Under the pieces are notes generated by a model that was not told the DNA's origin, did no database searches, and saw nothing but the letters and a program-made list of their open reading frames with translations. Made by a program: the position numbers and the translations under genes. From the NCBI GenBank assembly GCA_030141605.1, contig JAQGDQ010000207.1:232526-296525 (forward strand): a stretch of 64,000 nt of DNA. Direction: 5' to 3'. Origin of the DNA: Tubiluchus corallicola. Its lineage: Eukaryota; Animalia; Priapulida. The stretch's first letter is position 1. Each line of letters begins with the position of its first letter. This document shows, piece after piece, positions 45,118 to 56,700 of the stretch.

Positions 45118-47664
45118 TTAAATTACGCGCCGTTGGCCCTGCAGCAAATATTACCGCCCGCCATTACACTCAATGCTATGACGTCACGTCAGGTAGAGCT
45201 TACTGAGAGATAGTACAGTAGACAACCGGCGGCTTCAGCAAGCAGAGTACTATGAACAGAGCGGCTATTGCTGAGTAATGATTTATCTACTAATAAAAAC
45301 GTTTCTTTCGATATTCTTTATCTATTTATAGCAAATAAATTTATAAGAACCAGTCTTTATTTTAAAAACTGCAAGGAACAGCACATTTATAGTAACAAGC
45401 ACAGTATACAGAGCAGTATGATGTTATTTATACTGTGCGTAGGCTGTATGAACAATAGGTGTGCCGAGTATTCCTGCGAATTAAATCATGCTGGTAGCCA
45501 CTATTTTGGGTTAGATGCACGGCAGTTAAGTTAATAATTAACTTTTCTAGCTAAATTTCATGAAAACTATATATAGTGCAAGTTAGCAGTAAGACATCCC
45601 AAGCCTACCAATTTCATGGAAACTCGATTCTAATGGTAACCTCCCTTTCTTCACTTTTTAAAATATCTCTATCCCTTTTTTTCATTTACTTTAACGTAAA
45701 AATCGCACAAAATGCGACCATAGTTGTGATAGAACATCTTTTCCCTTTCCTACAAATAGAATCGCCTATCTATCCTGCTAGACATGGCGAAAAATAAAGT
45801 CTGGACAGGTGCACGTAGAATAAAGGTACCCGACGGTACAAAACTTATATACATGTCGATCAGCAGTCAAACTGTAGACTATGAGAATGTTTTTGACTTG
45901 AAAATTTTCTTCTCTGAAACCTTATTTGTACAGTCGATAAAGCCCAGGTAACAAAATCTGTCTTTACTGCCTTAATGTCTATTTCTTTTCTCGTCGATCG
46001 TACCTAATAATGTACTGCTACTTTTACAATTTTATACGTTGGAAAACGTAAAAACGATCACTCTTTGTCAGAAGCATTGTCTGAACGGCACATCAGACAA
46101 AAGATAGCTTGGCAGACTTTAATGGCAATGAGACATTTATAAAGCCGAAATGATCAGAAAACAGAAAATAATCTGCAACAAGAAAGCAACCTAGCGCGAA
46201 ATACCAGTGATGCCACAATAAAACTTTTACAAGTTGTACCTCGTCACTACTATTTTTCATCTGTAAAATGTAAATGTAAAGTGTGACTGTGTGGACAAAT
46301 AATTTGAGCTTAACATTAAAAGATGCTTCAGCGAGTACCCCAGTTTCTCCATTACCGGCGTACCGCTTGGCTTTGTCATAAGTAAATACAGCGAGAGTCA
46401 CACGTGCGCAGTGTCGTTCCTTAGGGGACGTCACTTCCGCTTTCTTCCATTTTTTCGTTTTTCGCAAGATGTCACTAAAGGCGCTAAATTTGAAGTGTTT
46501 CAATGCTAACCAAACCGAAACGTGCAAGTTTATAAAGAAATAAACCCGTGTTTTGCATCACAGTAGTCAGTGGTGAATTTTGATATCGTCTATCAGTGGA
46601 CCTTTAAGAAGCAATTGCAATAAATGAAAATAGGCTACAATCACTACTAGCAGTGAAGTAACAATTGAACATTTTTATCTTGTGGAACAAAACTTGCTCA
46701 CATACGTCGCTTTTCTTTCTCTTTCCTCTCTCGTTCTCTCGTTCGCTTTGCTTTTTTCTCCTTTGTCTTTCCTCGTCTCTCTCTCTCCCTCATTTTCTCT
46801 CCCTTTTCGCTCCCCTCTTACTTTTTCTTTGAATTATTATCTTTGATTTGATAAAAACTTCATTTTTGTAAATATTTCCAGCGCATTTAACAATGTTCAT
46901 CAAACATCTTTTATGTCCAGATAGAGCGCTCGTGTGGCCTAAACACTCAAGTACAAAAATAGATCTCTATACCAAGTTTTCCTATAACAGTCACACTCTG
47001 CTTCCTGACTATGTCAATGTTACTTATTTTAAAAACGCATACATGCGATCGTTCCTGTACCTAAATACCATGAATATAAAACAATTCTTCAGAGAGTAAA
47101 CCTGTTAGAAAATAACGGTGGTGGTGTCAGTGATTTTTGCTGAAGCGTTGCTAATTTTCTAATCGAGGAATTTTCAAAAACATTGGGCAAAATCATTCTG
47201 CCGCTAATAATTAGAAAGTAAGGATGGAAGCGATCTAGCGCCAAAAATTGCCATCCATTTGACATAAATTTGGTCGCGACACTTAGGATATATAAATTCA
47301 AAAACATTTTCATTTACTTATAGAAAAAATAAATAGAAAACATTTGCATTGTCACAAACAGTATCAAGCAATTCAGAATTGTGATGTCAAAATAACACAA
47401 AATCATTGTCATTTCTTACATCAATAGTACATCAGTTCTGCTACATTCGGAATTCGCTTAAACCTTTTTCATTGTCTCTCAGACTACTTGCCTGTTATTG
47501 TCTGCATTGCCTGCCTTCTCGGGTGTGGTAGAGATTGGACGACTAGCCTAGTCTCTTATAGAAGTGGAGTTAATGAAATCTTTTCGTGGTTATTGACGTC
47601 CACGTGGACTGCTGGTGATGACGACGTTGCAAAATTTCCTACACTGAAGGCAAAGTTCATCAGG

Positions 47665-50091
47665 ATGTACCAAGATAAAGGTGCACGATCTCACCACGAA
47701 GCTTCGACAATCCAGCAGCCTACTACTCCACGTCCACGTCCACGTCCAAGTCCAAATGTGAGGTGTTTTGAGTTGGAAAACTTCATTGGCAGTGGAACGC
47801 GTACATACTCATTTTCCGAAACTACAAATTACACAATTACTGAGTTACACGATGAAGCGGCGGCTGCACAGTTAATTAATACTAATCAAGTGAAAGATTC
47901 TGGAGCATCTACTACGTCACAGAAAATTGTTATTAAGGCAGCTGGTGGTAAGGACTCTACGTATCCCGCTCCAATATATGTAAGTAAGACAAGGAAAATA
48001 ATTACAGAATTCATTGGATCTGGATCTGCTGAAGGTACGTGCACTGGTGATACTCGAAGTGTTGTTATCGAGAGCCCTGCCGTTAAGTTAAGCCCTGTTG
48101 GTGAAGGAGTTTATGCTGGTGAATCATCTGCTGCTATTTCGGAATCGCTTGGTGCTGCGAAAGTTCCTGCGCAACTGCCTGAAACACGCCAATTTGAAAC
48201 TTGTTCTCCTAAAGTTCTATCTGACAACGAAATACCTGCAAATAAAACAAGAACTGTGATAACAGACAGTGATTATGGGGACATGCTAGGCCTGCACAAA
48301 GCCACAGATGACAACAAACAAAGTTTGGCATCACCAAAAGGTAAAATCGTGCCAGATAAAGCAATTAAAGCTGAGACAGCAAAAGAAACGGGGGACAAAC
48401 AAAAAGTACCAATCCAAGTTGATAAAACCGAGCTTGATGAAGTAAATAAAACCGAAATAGCGAAAGAAAAGGAAAAACGCACAAAGGAAAAGAAACACGA
48501 CCCAGAATGTGATAAAGGCAAAGCTAGGAAGGATAAGGGAAAGCATGAAATAGTAACTAATGAACCCGATACAAAAAGCAACAAAATCGAACCTGAAAAA
48601 AGAAACCCTGAAATTAGAATTGATAATATACCTGAGACAAGGGACGACAATACGATGAACGAAAATGAAACAAAAAAAATTAACACGAAAAGTGAAATAA
48701 AACCTGCCGAGGTAGCCAGCAAAAATCAAACGAAAAGGCATTTTGGTGGGGACAAACCACACGAAGGAGCAGCCGAAACTAAGGATCCGGATTCTAAAAA
48801 AACTGACAAAGCAGCTACTGCGGAAAAACTCGATAAAACCAAACGTAAAGACAGCGGTAGTAAAACAAGTGATCATAGTGATGGTAGACCTGCTAGTGCT
48901 AAACCAGAACCTAAGGAGAAAAGTGACAGTAGACCTGCTAGTGCTAAACCAGAACCTAAGGAGAAAAGTGACAGTAGACCTGCTAGTGCTAAACCAGAAC
49001 CTAAGGAGAAAGGTGACAGTAAACCTGATAGTGCTAAACCAGAACCTAAGGAGAAAAGTGACAGTAGACCTGCTAGTGCTAAGCCAGAACCTAAGGAGAA
49101 AAGTGGCAGTAGACCTGCTAGTGCTAAGCCAGAACCTAAGGAGAAAAGTGGCAGTAGACCTGCTAGTGCTAAGCCAGAACGTAAGGAGAAAAGTGGCAGT
49201 AGACCTGCTAGTGCTAAACCAGAACCTAAGGAGAAAAGTGACAGTAGACCTGCTGGTGCTAAACCAGAACCTAAGGAGAAAAGTGACAGTAGACCTGCTA
49301 GTGCTAAACCAGAACCTAAGGAGAAAAGTGACAGTAGACCTGCTAGTGCTAAGCCAGAACCTAAGGCGAAAAGTGGCAGTAGATCTGCTAGTGCTAAGCC
49401 AGAACCTAAGGAGAAAAGTGGCAGTAGACCTGCTAGTGCTAAGCCAGAAGAACCTAAGGAGAAAAGTGACAGTAGACCTGCTGGTGCTAAACCAGAACCT
49501 AAGGAGAAAAGTGACAGCAGACCTGCTAGTGCTAAACCAGAACCTAAGGAGAAAAGTGACAGTAGACCTGCTAGTGCTAAGCCAGAACCTAAGGAGAAAA
49601 GTGGCAGTAGACCTGCTAGTGCTAAGCCAGAACCCAAGGAGAAAAGTGACAGTAGACCTGTTAGTGCTAAACCAGAACCTAAGGAGAAAAGTGACAGTAG
49701 ACCTGCTAGTGCTAAGCCAGAACGTAAGGAGAAAAGTGGCAGTAGACCTGCTAGTGCTAAGCCAGAACATAAGGAGAAAAGTGGCAGTAAACCTGCTAGT
49801 GCTAAGTCAGAACATAAGGAGAAAAGTGGCAGTAAACCTGCTAGTGCTAAGCCAGAACATAAGGAGAAAAGTGGCAGTAAACCTGCTAGTGCTAAGCCAG
49901 AACGTAAGGAGAAAAGTGGCAGTAGACCTGCTAGTGCTAAGCCAGAACGTAAGGAGAAAAGTGGCAGTAAACCTGCTAGTGCTAAGCCAGAACGTAAGGA
50001 GAAAAGTGGCAGTAGACCTGCTAGTGCTAAGCCAGAACATAAGGAGAAGAAGAGCTCAACTGGAAAATCTCGTCCTAAACCAAAATCGTAG
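47665..50091 (+). CDS. Gene 4: Kelch-less protein with the conserved insert domain, a Lys/Glu-rich region and a 15-aa tandem repeat (~808 aa from ATG 47665)
   Basis: Open frame 47488-50091; strong acceptor ctctcag| at 47482; aggATG at 47665; VRCFELENFIGSGTRTYSFSETTNYTITE matches gene 2; AATAAA at 50284. Confidence 0.8.
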   Translation: MYQDKGARSHHEASTIQQPTTPRPRPRPSPNVRCFELENFIGSGTRTYSFSETTNYTITELHDEAAAAQLINTNQVKDSGASTTSQKIVIKAAGGKDSTYPAPIYVSKTRKIITEFIGSGSAEGTCTGDTRSVVIESPAVKLSPVGEGVYAGESSAAISESLGAAKVPAQLPETRQFETCSPKVLSDNEIPANKTRTVITDSDYGDMLGLHKATDDNKQSLASPKGKIVPDKAIKAETAKETGDKQKVPIQVDKTELDEVNKTEIAKEKEKRTKEKKHDPECDKGKARKDKGKHEIVTNEPDTKSNKIEPEKRNPEIRIDNIPETRDDNTMNENETKKINTKSEIKPAEVASKNQTKRHFGGDKPHEGAAETKDPDSKKTDKAATAEKLDKTKRKDSGSKTSDHSDGRPASAKPEPKEKSDSRPASAKPEPKEKSDSRPASAKPEPKEKGDSKPDSAKPEPKEKSDSRPASAKPEPKEKSGSRPASAKPEPKEKSGSRPASAKPERKEKSGSRPASAKPEPKEKSDSRPAGAKPEPKEKSDSRPASAKPEPKEKSDSRPASAKPEPKAKSGSRSASAKPEPKEKSGSRPASAKPEEPKEKSDSRPAGAKPEPKEKSDSRPASAKPEPKEKSDSRPASAKPEPKEKSGSRPASAKPEPKEKSDSRPVSAKPEPKEKSDSRPASAKPERKEKSGSRPASAKPEHKEKSGSKPASAKSEHKEKSGSKPASAKPEHKEKSGSKPASAKPERKEKSGSRPASAKPERKEKSGSKPASAKPERKEKSGSRPASAKPEHKEKKSSTGKSRPKPKS
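48886..50049 (+). repeat. Coding 45-bp minisatellite, 26 copies, (S)RPASAKPE(P/R/H)KEKS(D/G)
   Basis: Unit agacctgctagtgctaaaccagaacctaaggagaaaagtgacagt; the only indel seen is an in-frame 3-bp insertion (KPEEPK). Confidence 0.97.
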
Positions 50092-53000
50092 GCGTTTTGC
50101 ATGTACTTCACATACGAGGACATTGCACGTGATTATCTATCTCATATGTCGGATGCGATTTTTTATGATAATTCGGCTCCACAATTTTCATATTTCAAGT
50201 ACCCTTTACGATATACGCAGATGTAAGAAACAACTTTATCGAGTAAAAACAATTATTGGAAAGTTGCCTCATTGACAAAATGCAATAAAACACGAAAAGA
50301 TATTAAAACATAAATTAGTATTTTCTTTTCGTATACGTGTCTCTTTGAAAAGTAGATCCTAAAAGGAAACAGGACTTTAAGCTAAAACAGGATTTTAAAC
50401 AATAATCTACCGTATAAAACATTGAAAGGGGACATAATTGTTTTTTTTAAGAATGACTTATACAAAAGAATTATTTTTCGCTTTCCGCTAATCTACTTAG
50501 ACTGGGTCTAGCGCCTGCACATCGAAAACGCGTTGCACAAAAAATAGGCACTGTACTTGATCATAAGAGCACAGTTCAGTGTGACAGTGCACACGCTCAA
50601 GAACTCATGCGTTGGCACAGCTGCAAACTTGAAATTTAAATTTTTGAAGCTAAATTTATGAAGTTTTTGGGTAGTCAATTTTAGCCAGTAGCATTGTATG
50701 TCAATTTTCGCTTTCGCTACCACGTGTAACATACTCGTGGAATGTTTCTGTCGCTTGAAAATTATGTTCAGTTCCGACACCGTCTCTAGGGATTCGTCCA
50801 CCATTAAGTGACCTTATAAACTATCTTAACTTTCTAATTTTATCATCAGAAGCGACTTTCCGCAAGCAATAACTGCTTAAATGAATTCAAACTTCTGTAG
50901 ATTACCTAATGTTCATATAAAAATATCACAAAATTAGCAATCTAACTTTTTGTAAGAGCTTACTGTACTGTTGACGGAAATTGATAATGCGCTGCTTTTC
51001 TTCAGCCGATGATGAACGATAAAAAATAGGCGCTCAAAATAACAGCTGAAATGATCATGACTTTAAAATGATTTTAATAATCAAACCGGTCGCTTATCAC
51101 ACTGTCATTACTAAGTCCTTCTAACATTTTTCACGAAAACTGAAATAAGCCAAACTTCCCAGAAGACTTGGTCTTTCCTTTAATACAAGCTTGTTGAATA
51201 GTATTTCATGTATATTGATTTGTTTAATTTTTGTAAAATTCATCTTTTAAATAACTTTGGGCTTACCAGAAAACAAAACTATGTGCATAGCATCACTGAC
51301 ACGTTTTCACTTCTCGGTTCCACGGTCTTAATCTGTGAAAAAATAAACAACTAGTAGCACGGCTGGGAGACCAAGTCGATTCATATGACACAACATGATC
51401 TATATATTATATATACACGATGTCAAAAAACAGGAGAAAATGGCCAAACAAGGGAATAGATGTATAAATATAGTGGCATTTAGGAAGAATTAACGGTAAA
51501 AGTTTCGTATAAGCATTACGAAATTCATAAAATTTCTCTCTCACTCTTTCTTTCTTTCTTTCTCGCTGTCTTTCTCTCTCCCCCAATGGCAATTTTCTTG
51601 ATCCACATTTGCGTATCGACCTCATGGCAGCCTGCAGTAAAATCAGTTACCACTTCCAGGAAGCAGAAGCAAGACGTATCGTGTAAAAGGATTCCTTCTT
51701 GCATCCAGTGCTTAAAGGACAAGAAAAGGGATACCTGAAATAGGTTTGAGAAAAATCGCCTTAAAAATTATAATACCTTGCAGCAATTTTATGCATATAT
51801 TTATACTCACGTTAAAATGATTTTTTGTTTGTTTTCTTTTTAAATCTGCCACGATATTGTTCCGAAGTCGCTATTACATGACGTCACTACGCAAACGTAA
51901 ATCAGGGGAAGAAAAGGAAATGTTAAATTATGTCCCCAAAAACTTTTCATGCAAATCTGCATTACTTGGCATTTCGCTTACCTGCTTGAAAGACTTAAGT
52001 AACTAGAAGTAATAATTGAAAATTTTCATGCCAGTAGGTAAAATGTCGCTGGCTGACCCTCCAGGGTGCACCACTCACTAACCAAAACTGAAAAATTTAT
52101 CTTATTGACAAGATACAGTAATTTAAAATTTGACTTAATTAGTGACATGTGTGCTATTTTTATACTCTGTGGTTGAGCCAATGTAAACCAATTCATTTTC
52201 GTGGTTTCTAGGCATTTTGAGCCAAACAATGGTCGGAAAATTAATGAAAAAATAAGCAGTATTTCAACTGTTTCCCACCTTTAAGGATACAAAATTTAGG
52301 TATAACTCAAAAGCAGCACTTTCTTTCTCTGCTCATTTAACCACTTTCAAATCATCCATGTAGGTCCTTTAATCTCTCGTCAATAACATAAGTAATATCA
52401 TTCCCGTTTGTGATCAATCCCTTTTTTGTGAGTCAGACAACAATATGACTAGCTGTCAACTACATCACATATTTCATCATATTCACAAAAACAAAATCAT
52501 TTTCATTTAAAAACTCATCCATTTCTTTCTTTGAATTCACAATCTATCTGCTTTTCTTGTCATTTTCAGGGGTATATCAAAAAAATTATAACGCCCTAGG
52601 CTGACAGTCCCATCCTGCGCACCTATATTGTTATATATGAAGCCCAAGAAACAATTATTGTATTATATTAGTAATACTACTACTTAAATACTCTTGTTGT
52701 TTTTGTTAATTTCATTTATTTGTACTGGCTTATAGCCAAGGATGTTGCATAACTGCTTGTGGTGTAAGACGTTTTATATAAGAATGATTGTATATCTTTG
52801 TTATAAACGTTATAATGGCGCTTATTATAAAAGCAACTATCTGTGATGTGTTATAAAATACACGTTTTGTGTGAACACGAAAGGATACACATTTTCTGAG
52901 TATAGAGGAGAATAGAAATTTTTTACACTGAGTCATTATTTGGCACCCTAGTCTACAGCCGGGTTAGTCATTGATAAATACGCCCTGATCTTTTTCACCA

Positions 53001-53736
53001 CAAGTTCACTTATTGGTTCACTCATTCGTAATTAATCGTATTACTAGTAGCGCATAGGTAGGTCTCAGTTGCGTTGACCTTTTATTCCAAAATAAAAATA
53101 AAAGACAGGCCCTAACAACATCGCTGTCCAGACTCAAAGATGGTTGCCTCGTTTATGGCCCCAAAATGAAAGTCAAAAATAGGACCTAACTATATCGCTG
53201 TCAGCGCCTCTTACCCTATCCCGGGTGTCTACCGTCCATGTTTTGTTATGTTAACTTTTTAACTTATTCAAAGTCCTGCTAGAGAAAAATTAAATGAAAT
53301 GGGAAACAAGAAAATAAAAAAAAGATTTTTAAAACGGCGTGGCTAAGTTACGTAACAGTGGACAAAACGTACATGTATCTGCTGAGTCTTGCACAACACG
53401 TCATTGCATTATCTTAATTACTGTATTGTTCAAAATGTTCAAATTCTGTCATTTATTAACATTAACAACGTTAGTGGACATAAGAAATACTCAATCTATT
53501 TTGCTTTGTAACTATTAGTTATACTCTTGCTATACTTCTACGTTGGTTTAAGCCTAGCGGCACTCAGCTGCTCTAATAAATAATGACGTAATTGATGATG
53601 AAATGTGACAACATCGCTTCGCAGTACTGTAACACCAGAAGTGGCAGAGTGGAGGGACCCCAGTTATCAAAAACAATGCTCAAATTTTTTGTAATGTATC
53701 GATTGTTATAAATAAGCTTTACATTTCTTCGCAAAG

Positions 53737-56700
53737 ATGATAAAAAGCTGCTTAAACGACTCTCAGAGTGAAGAGGAATGTTCTGAGACGGAAACAGAGC
53801 GAAGTAACCCAAAAATTGCTATTACCATATGCAACCCTAAAACGCTGAAAGAACAGGTATGTCACATTCACAAACACGAGGTAGATGTATCGGTAGTAGC
53901 AGACAACCGTAGCGTTCAAAAGCTATTGAAAGGCTTCAGAAAAATCAAAACTGTCCCTGCTTCTAGGTTTATCAACCCGTTTCCTCCTCTGGCCTATGTT
54001 ATTTAAAAACGGATAAACTTCCCACAGTCAGTGAGTTGTGTATGTGCTACCCAATATATAATGTAAGTGTAATATAACATATAATATATATATGTGTAAT
54101 ACATATAAAACGAAGTTCCTGTTTCCAGGAAATATCTTTTCCAAACTTTGTTTTTCTCTAAAATGGTACCTCTTATTTTCTAATCAATCTTTTTCAAGCA
54201 TTGAAATTCAACAATAGGAGAAATGTTACACAATTTTTAATTTTCTCTGATTTAAATTCACCGATGTACAGAAGAACTGAATATCTAAACATACCTCAGG
54301 GCAGAAAATCAAAGAACTGACTATCTAAACAAATAACAGTCAGAGAATTAACTAAGTAAGTTTATCACTTGTTTTTATTTTCAAAACTTTATAACGTCCA
54401 AAGGTAATGCGCAAACAAAATTCAGTACAATAAGGATGACTTTATTAAGTTTCGTCGCTGAGACTGGTGCAGTAGACCTCCTTAAATTTGTTTTTTGTTT
54501 GTGTAGAACAAGGTGAAAATGCAATTGCAAAATTTCTGAAACGAAAAGGTGGTAATGTAATTCTCTTGGTTCTGATTCAGACCCAGTCTCAACTCTTCTC
54601 TTTCTCATTTCATTTCTTTTTTGGCTGAGGTTGGTTTCGCAAATGGTATAATTGTCGATTTATTCCATCACTAACACTATCAAAATTCTAAATAACTTTA
54701 TATCATTATTGTTGTTTCTTACACTCCTAACTAAATAATACGAGTTAAGTTTTTTTAAATTTGTGTAGATCAATTGCCATCTGCAAGGCCACTTTACCCC
54801 TCAACCACTTCATACAGGTAACGACCCTGGCGATGTTCGACATGTCAGTTTTTCAGAAAGCAAGTTTCATTACTTGTGCACTAAAGACCTAAAAGACATA
54901 CTCCCAACAGCGGAGAGTCAAACCGATCTGGACGTGGCACGTAAATATTGGCTAGGCGAAGCCGATGAGCTGCTAAAGTATGGAGAAGGTTGGTGGTTTA
55001 AAACTGTTGCAATTTTTTCTTTTTCTTTTTACAAAATCTGATATAGAAATGAGGCGTAAATCCGCTTGATTAGTGGATCTGTCGTGCTGAACTAACTGAT
55101 CACTTTAATTCAGTGCTTTACCTACAGTATACACGCAAAATAGTGGTTGGCGAATTAACTTTTTTGGTGTAATAGCCTAATTGTGCAGACTGCAACTTTG
55201 CATACCTACTGTAAGGAAAGTCAATTATTAAAGTCATCGATTAAGGTAAACAAGGCTTCAATGTGACGCTCTTATTCGACACACATAGATGTACTGAAAG
55301 TTGATGAATGCCTTGTTCCGGTACTGCGTAAGTTGGGATGAATTTCTGGGTAAGAAAATTTCTGTTGAACTAGGTCTCATTAACTTGACAAGTGGTTATG
55401 AGTAGTATTTCAATCATTTGGGATGATACTTATTAATTTATTATTTATTTTCTTTATTTTAGATTTTAATCAATGCATAAAGTACTATATAAAAACAAAT
55501 GAGTGATGCAGATTATAAAACTGTATACACAAAATAAAAAAAACTGTACAAGAGAAGCACAAGTTAGTTTAGATAATAAAGGAAGAAGTTAGTAATGAGT
55601 TCCAATATTATATGTACAATGATGTATATCGAATATCTGTATCAGTTTTCTATGTGCTGGTTTGCATTGGAAGATATGTTCGGCTGTCATTTTTTGTTAT
55701 TCATGCGATGCGGTACATCGGGCCGTGTCTGGCACGGTGGTAGACCGAAACCCCGCCACCGAAAGCGGCCGAAACCCGGAATCGTGTGATTTCGATACGT
55801 GTTGTATAAGCAGCATTATGTGTGTTGACTGGACAAGTTTATAGTTCTTTTGATGCAAATATGAGCAACACTACAGAATGTTTTTCAAGTATGTTACCGA
55901 ATATTTATTTTTTTATTTAGAGTTTATTTCAGCACATAAAAAATGCTATATAAAAGTTAAAATTTGCACAAAGACTAAGAAATACTACATGTCATGCACT
56001 ACTAAAAAGCCACTAAAATTTACAAAAAAGGTATAGTACAAATATACACATAATTTAAAAATACAAAGGAAAAATACGAAGTTAAAAAAACAGCAGTTAT
56101 TACATCAGTAAATCATGCCTTCTAAATATTCTACTATAAAATCATGCATCAGCTTGATGGCAAACCAGGCGACTACACTACTTGTTGACTATTTCTATTG
56201 CATTTCTAGCTCCTATTGTATATCCTAACATTGAAGACCCACCAATGTTCTTCTACGATGGAGAAAAACCAGATTCGTTGATCATCGTCGACAGTGTCCT
56301 ATTCCAAGTTCATAAATCAGTTTTATATCGTAACAGTCGTTACTTTGATGAATTGTTCAGGGACAGTACCTTAAGAGAAAATATGTCAGAACTGGCTTTT
56401 GATGACGTCACGCCAAAAGCCTTTCGAGCTCTACTGATGTACTATTACGACGTAAGATTGAAATTGACCAAAGACAATGTGTGCGAGCTACGCTACGCAG
56501 CGTCTAAATTTGGCAATAGAGAACTTGTAGAATATTGTGATCTATTTCTCAAACAGTCATTTAACGAAAATTCTATTTTGAAGTCGTACGAGAAAGCGCG
56601 CATGGCAGGGTTGACAGAGCTCTGTGTCAAGACACGCCGTTTCATCAGAAAGGAGTTTACGACCATATCCAACAGTATTGACTTCCTTTTACTTTCACAG

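Noticed and set aside
48331-50275. Three overlapping long ORFs (510 aa +, 479 aa -, 416 aa -) over the 45-bp array
   Set aside because: The repeat unit lacks stops in those frames; only the 47488-50091 frame connects to sequence conserved with gene 2
51712-52372. Further TTAAAGG / CCTTTAA termini (also near 31470-31484 and 46600)
   Set aside because: Likely additional Kolobok-like ends, but I could not pair the termini confidently enough to define elements
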